This document shows, piece by piece, positions 60,409 to 64,000 of a DNA stretch of 64,000 nt. Every line of letters starts with the position of its first letter. Positions within the stretch are counted from its first letter, which is position 1. A program made the translations under genes and the position numbers. The notes under the pieces were generated by a model. It ran no database searches and had not been told where the DNA came from. It was given only the letters and a program-made list of their open reading frames with translations. This stretch comes from Sedimentisphaerales bacterium (lineage in GTDB: Bacteria; Planctomycetota; Phycisphaerae; Sedimentisphaerales; SM23-30). The DNA is taken from NCBI GenBank assembly GCA_963666285.1, contig OY762711.1. One strand, given 5' to 3'.

Positions 60409-62061
60409 CTAACCCGGACAAGCCGGAACCAAACAGGTTTTTATAATTATATTTACGCTGCATAAGAATTCCACGATAATGTATCAGAATTATTATGCAG
60501 AACTTTATTGAACGACATTTTAACAAAATTAAGGGAGTTACCTCCTGTTTTGACCGTGTCATATTTACTGGTACAATACCGGGAATATGTTTTGCCGATG
60601 GAATGACTGTGCATTTGCGTAAACACAACATTCGAATATTTGATTTCACTAAATGGGCTGAACCTTTGCGTGACCTCATTAATGAAAACGCCAAAGTTGT
60701 TGCATCTGACAATGGTCTTGAGATAGAATTTATTCGTAAAAAGAATTTCCGCAAAGAGAAAGTTATTAAACAGATAATTGACCAAAGAGGTAATCACCCT
60801 GGGCTGGTACATATTTTCTCGGCTATGGAAACCTGCAGCAGCTATGAACCATGGCATAACAAACAAACCGGAAAAACTTATATTAGAGGTTCTCAGGGAA
60901 GGTGTTTGCATTATTATTTCTATTTTATTGATAAAGCATTGGGGCTCTGCTATTTGAGAGTACCAACCTGGGCTCCGTTCCGATTGCAATTGTACTTTAA
61001 CGGTCATAATCAACTGGCTGCTAAATTGAAAAGTAAAAATATCGATTACACCATGCTTGACAATGTTTTTATTGATATCGAAGATTTCGACAAGGCCCAA
61101 AAGCTCAGTGACAGCCTTAGCGTCAACCAGCTTCATCGCATTATTGAAAAATATGCTACTACTTATTGTCCTGTAATTACAGAGCTTAAGGAAAATTTCC
61201 ACTGGAGTATAATGCAGGCGGAATATGCTACAGACATTGTTTTCAAAAAACAATCTGACCTGACCTGTATATATGAGGAATTGACCAGAACAGCTATTCA
61301 TTCGGTTAAGGCTGATAATATCGCCACCTTCCTGGGAAGAAAGTTGTATACCAGCTATGAAGGTGAAATGGGCAATGACTTTAGCACCAGAATTGAAGGC
61401 ACACGGATAAAACATCACATGGGGCCGGCTTCTGTCAAAATGTACGATAAGCATAAGCTTGTTCTGCGAATTGAGACAACAGTTAATGATGTCAGCTTTT
61501 TCAAACACTACCGCAAGGTGGAACATCGCGACGGCACAACGAGCATGAAGCAGGCTCCGTTGCGTAAAAGTATTTATTCCTTTCCGGTTCTCACCGACCT
61601 GCTTGCCGCTTCTAATAGAAGATATATTGACTTTATCTCGGCTATTGATGACCCTACCTCTGCTAATAAGGATATTGATAAAATCTCCAGAGCTAAAAAG
61701 AAAAACGGTCGCAGTTTCAAAGGGTTTAATCTGTTCAACAAAGATGACCTTAAACTGATGCAAACTGTGTTGAGAGGAGAATTTAATATCAATGGCTTTA
61801 CCAGCAAACTTTTGAGAAAACACATGGGTAATAAAACCCCTAATCAGGTCTCCAGGATGCTCAAAAGACTCCGAATACATGGCCTGATTAAGAAAATCGG
61901 AAAAACGTACAAATACTATCTGACCAAAATGGGAAGAAGAGTTATTACCGCTGCTTTGAAAGCAAAGGAAATGCTCCTTATCCCTTTGCTCAGAGGTAAT
62001 TTGAACTAATTGTAATAATTTCTTTGCCATTTTGCGCAAAATTTTATTGGTAAGATACTAA
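60409..62061 (+). mobile_element. IS-like element without terminal inverted repeats, flanked by CTAA, splitting a composite repeat
   Basis: CTAA at 60409-60412 and 62058-62061. Removing it rejoins the repeat architecture seen intact at 51588-51667. Confidence 0.8.
60495..62009 (+). CDS. Putative transposase of unassigned family (KMYDK..LRIE motif, C-terminal winged HTH)
   Basis: Single 504-aa basic ORF filling the element; SCFDRVIFTG, HYYFY, VKMYDKH..LRIETT, VSRMLKRLRIHGLI..YYLT. Confidence 0.75.
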   Translation: MQNFIERHFNKIKGVTSCFDRVIFTGTIPGICFADGMTVHLRKHNIRIFDFTKWAEPLRDLINENAKVVASDNGLEIEFIRKKNFRKEKVIKQIIDQRGNHPGLVHIFSAMETCSSYEPWHNKQTGKTYIRGSQGRCLHYYFYFIDKALGLCYLRVPTWAPFRLQLYFNGHNQLAAKLKSKNIDYTMLDNVFIDIEDFDKAQKLSDSLSVNQLHRIIEKYATTYCPVITELKENFHWSIMQAEYATDIVFKKQSDLTCIYEELTRTAIHSVKADNIATFLGRKLYTSYEGEMGNDFSTRIEGTRIKHHMGPASVKMYDKHKLVLRIETTVNDVSFFKHYRKVEHRDGTTSMKQAPLRKSIYSFPVLTDLLAASNRRYIDFISAIDDPTSANKDIDKISRAKKKNGRSFKGFNLFNKDDLKLMQTVLRGEFNINGFTSKLLRKHMGNKTPNQVSRMLKRLRIHGLIKKIGKTYKYYLTKMGRRVITAALKAKEMLLIPLLRGNLN

Positions 62062-62310
62062 TACCTCTCAAACTGGCCATCGGTCAGTTTGAGTAACTTA
62101 AATTAGGCCTTGTATCGACCTGCACAGATTACATTGAACAGTCAATAGTACGCCTTGAATAAAATACGCCGCATAAAGCGTACCAATTATATTGCACAAT
62201 CGAAAGGTTTCAGGGACACAAATAGACCATAATTATAATTACCACAAAATTTATACACAACCAGAAATAAACCACTCAACAAGCATAATGAGTTCTATTT
62301 CAGACCAGGC

Positions 62311-63624
62311 TCAATTCTCGCACAAGGCTTTATCCATCATTATCTTCAGGATAGTCCTATCAGTCTCGATCATGCCCTCATTACTAAGCTCACCCATATT
62401 ATCAATTGTTTTCTCCGGGCTCAGGTCAATTATTCCGTCGCTTTCCTTTACATTTATGCCATGCAGACTCAACAGCGCAGACTGCACCGCCGTACCAGCC
62501 GCTGTCGAAAGCTTTAACGCACATCCGGACTTCGCCCCATCACAGATCACACCCGCCAAATCGCTTATCAGATTCTTTATCGCTCCGGCAATATGTCCCA
62601 GCGACCCGCCCAGCAGATAAGTCACACCCGCCGTCGCTCCGGCACCTGCCGCTACCGAACACCCGCATACCGCCGACAACCTGCCGGTATGTGCCTTAAT
62701 ATAACCCGTCACCAAATGACTGAGTGCTATAGCTTTTAATACTTCCCTGTCATCGTCTATCTCGATATAATCCTTGACCGCCCACACCGGTAGCACTGCT
62801 GTCAGGCCGTGGTTTCCGCTTCCTGCACTGCTCATAGCCGGCAGCTTCACACCTGACATCCTGGCATCACACGCTGCCGAGGTTAATATTCGAGACTGCA
62901 ATATCATATCCTTATTAATCAGCTTCATACGCACCATCTGCTCAAGAGTTCTGCCGATCCCCAGGCCGCTGCCATAGGTCAATCCCTGCTGTGCCAGTTT
63001 AAGATTATAATCCACTCCGCGCTGGATAAACGTGTAATCATCTTCATCCATCTCATTGATCATTTCCAGCAGACTGGCCAGCGTCTGTTCTTTCAAAAAC
63101 GCTTCCAATTCATCGTGCGACTGCTGCTCCTCCTGTATACCTGACAGTAACGGGTGTCCCGTCTGCATTTCACCATTCAACTTCAGCGAGACTATTCTGT
63201 CATGCGAATCCTCGATCTCTGCCTCACTAACATCCGACCCGCATACAATCTTTGCTCGTATATATATGCCGGACTTCTCCTTCAGCAAATTGATCTTTAC
63301 TTCATTTTTATCCAAAAATGCCATAGCCTTTTTTATCGCTTTTTCATCTGCCGGCTCCAATACTTCCAGCCGCAAATCAGGATCTCCGGCTATCGCTCCC
63401 AGTACCGCCGCCAGGTCAATACCAACCGCTCCCTCTGTTCCCGGTATCGCAACCGCAAAGGCATTCTTATATATATTGGGGCTCAGCCATAGCTCTATAG
63501 AGTCAAATTCGCCATTTCCAAGTACGGTTTGTGCCGCCGATGTACATAACGCTACCGCAGCCGGTTCTGTACAACCTAGTGCCGGCGATACTTCAAACTG
63601 TAATATCTCTTTTATTGAATACAT
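62311..63624 (-). CDS. L-cysteine desulfidase / serine dehydratase alpha-like (YhaM/CyuA family)
   Basis: PALGCTEP, DARMSG, SAGSGNHG, GRLSAVCGC, ICDGAKSGCALK. Confidence 0.88.
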   Translation of the reverse strand: MYSIKEILQFEVSPALGCTEPAAVALCTSAAQTVLGNGEFDSIELWLSPNIYKNAFAVAIPGTEGAVGIDLAAVLGAIAGDPDLRLEVLEPADEKAIKKAMAFLDKNEVKINLLKEKSGIYIRAKIVCGSDVSEAEIEDSHDRIVSLKLNGEMQTGHPLLSGIQEEQQSHDELEAFLKEQTLASLLEMINEMDEDDYTFIQRGVDYNLKLAQQGLTYGSGLGIGRTLEQMVRMKLINKDMILQSRILTSAACDARMSGVKLPAMSSAGSGNHGLTAVLPVWAVKDYIEIDDDREVLKAIALSHLVTGYIKAHTGRLSAVCGCSVAAGAGATAGVTYLLGGSLGHIAGAIKNLISDLAGVICDGAKSGCALKLSTAAGTAVQSALLSLHGINVKESDGIIDLSPEKTIDNMGELSNEGMIETDRTILKIMMDKALCEN

Positions 63625-63849
63625 AATCAATCTAATATAACTGTCTAAATAAGAATCAATATTAAAATTATATAAATTCCTACATTTTCAATACTTAGCA
63701 ACAACGCCAAGTTTCCAAACTTACAAAATCGTCGCTCAAAAGCCCGCCAGACTGTCACAATAGTACATGTCAGACTTGACTTTTCAAGCCACACCTTCAA
63801 TAGTATGTAATGATACCCTACCAATCAAAATATAAAAAGGAGATTTTAT

Positions 63850-64000
63850 ATGATTTGCTGCAAAACATTTCTACGTATAGCTATATGTTTAATTTCGTTG
63901 ACAGCTTTTACTCTCGCCGCTAATGGCATTCTCCCCGGCTCCGGCACCGAACTCAATCCCTATCTTATCGAGGACATCAATGACCTGGAAGCTTTTATTG
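63850..64000 (+). CDS. 5' end of a secreted surface protein (GLUG-type N-terminus), truncated by the window edge
   Basis: AGGAG RBS; MICCKTFLRIAICLISLTAFTLAANGILPGSGTELNPYLIEDINDL. Confidence 0.75.
   Translation, partial: MICCKTFLRIAICLISLTAFTLAANGILPGSGTELNPYLIEDINDLEAFI

Noticed and set aside
50024..62093. CRISPR array from the 27-bp palindromes or heptamers
   Set aside because: Copies are kilobases apart, there are no regular spacers, and no cas genes.

Overview
This 64-kb window looks like the chromosome of an anaerobic planctomycete, probably Phycisphaerae/Sedimentisphaerales-like. That is inferred from a LEPR-xLL surface protein, PEP-CTERM proteins, an H-X9-DG pseudopilin and a LamG protein with a dockerin-like tail. 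From left to right: (1) the 5' end of a very large acidic surface protein missed by the ORF track, and a cysteine desulfurase; (2) tRNA-Ala(GGC) followed by about 20 kb of integrase-less tandem islands, marked by copies of the tRNA 3' end at 18545 and (degenerate) 24385. These carry a redox/AraC module, an unusual TetR-UbiA-radical SAM-DAG kinase-ThiL-like-OYE-SPT-like-SDR operon (best candidate for an undescribed lipid/metabolite pathway) and an ArsR/permease/thioredoxin module; (3) adhE next to an hfs-like sensory plus catalytic [FeFe]-hydrogenase cluster; (4) a galactan/fucose utilisation locus whose pseudopilin gene is split by an IS701-like element; (5) housekeeping and other genes (UvrD/PcrA, class II photolyase, CHAD, O-antigen-ligase-TPR, uxaE, sulfatase, cysteine desulfidase-like); (6) a 1.65-kb mobile element without terminal inverted repeats, inserted at CTAA inside a composite intergenic repeat. 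No CRISPR array or rRNA was seen. All calls come from motif reading; no searches were run.
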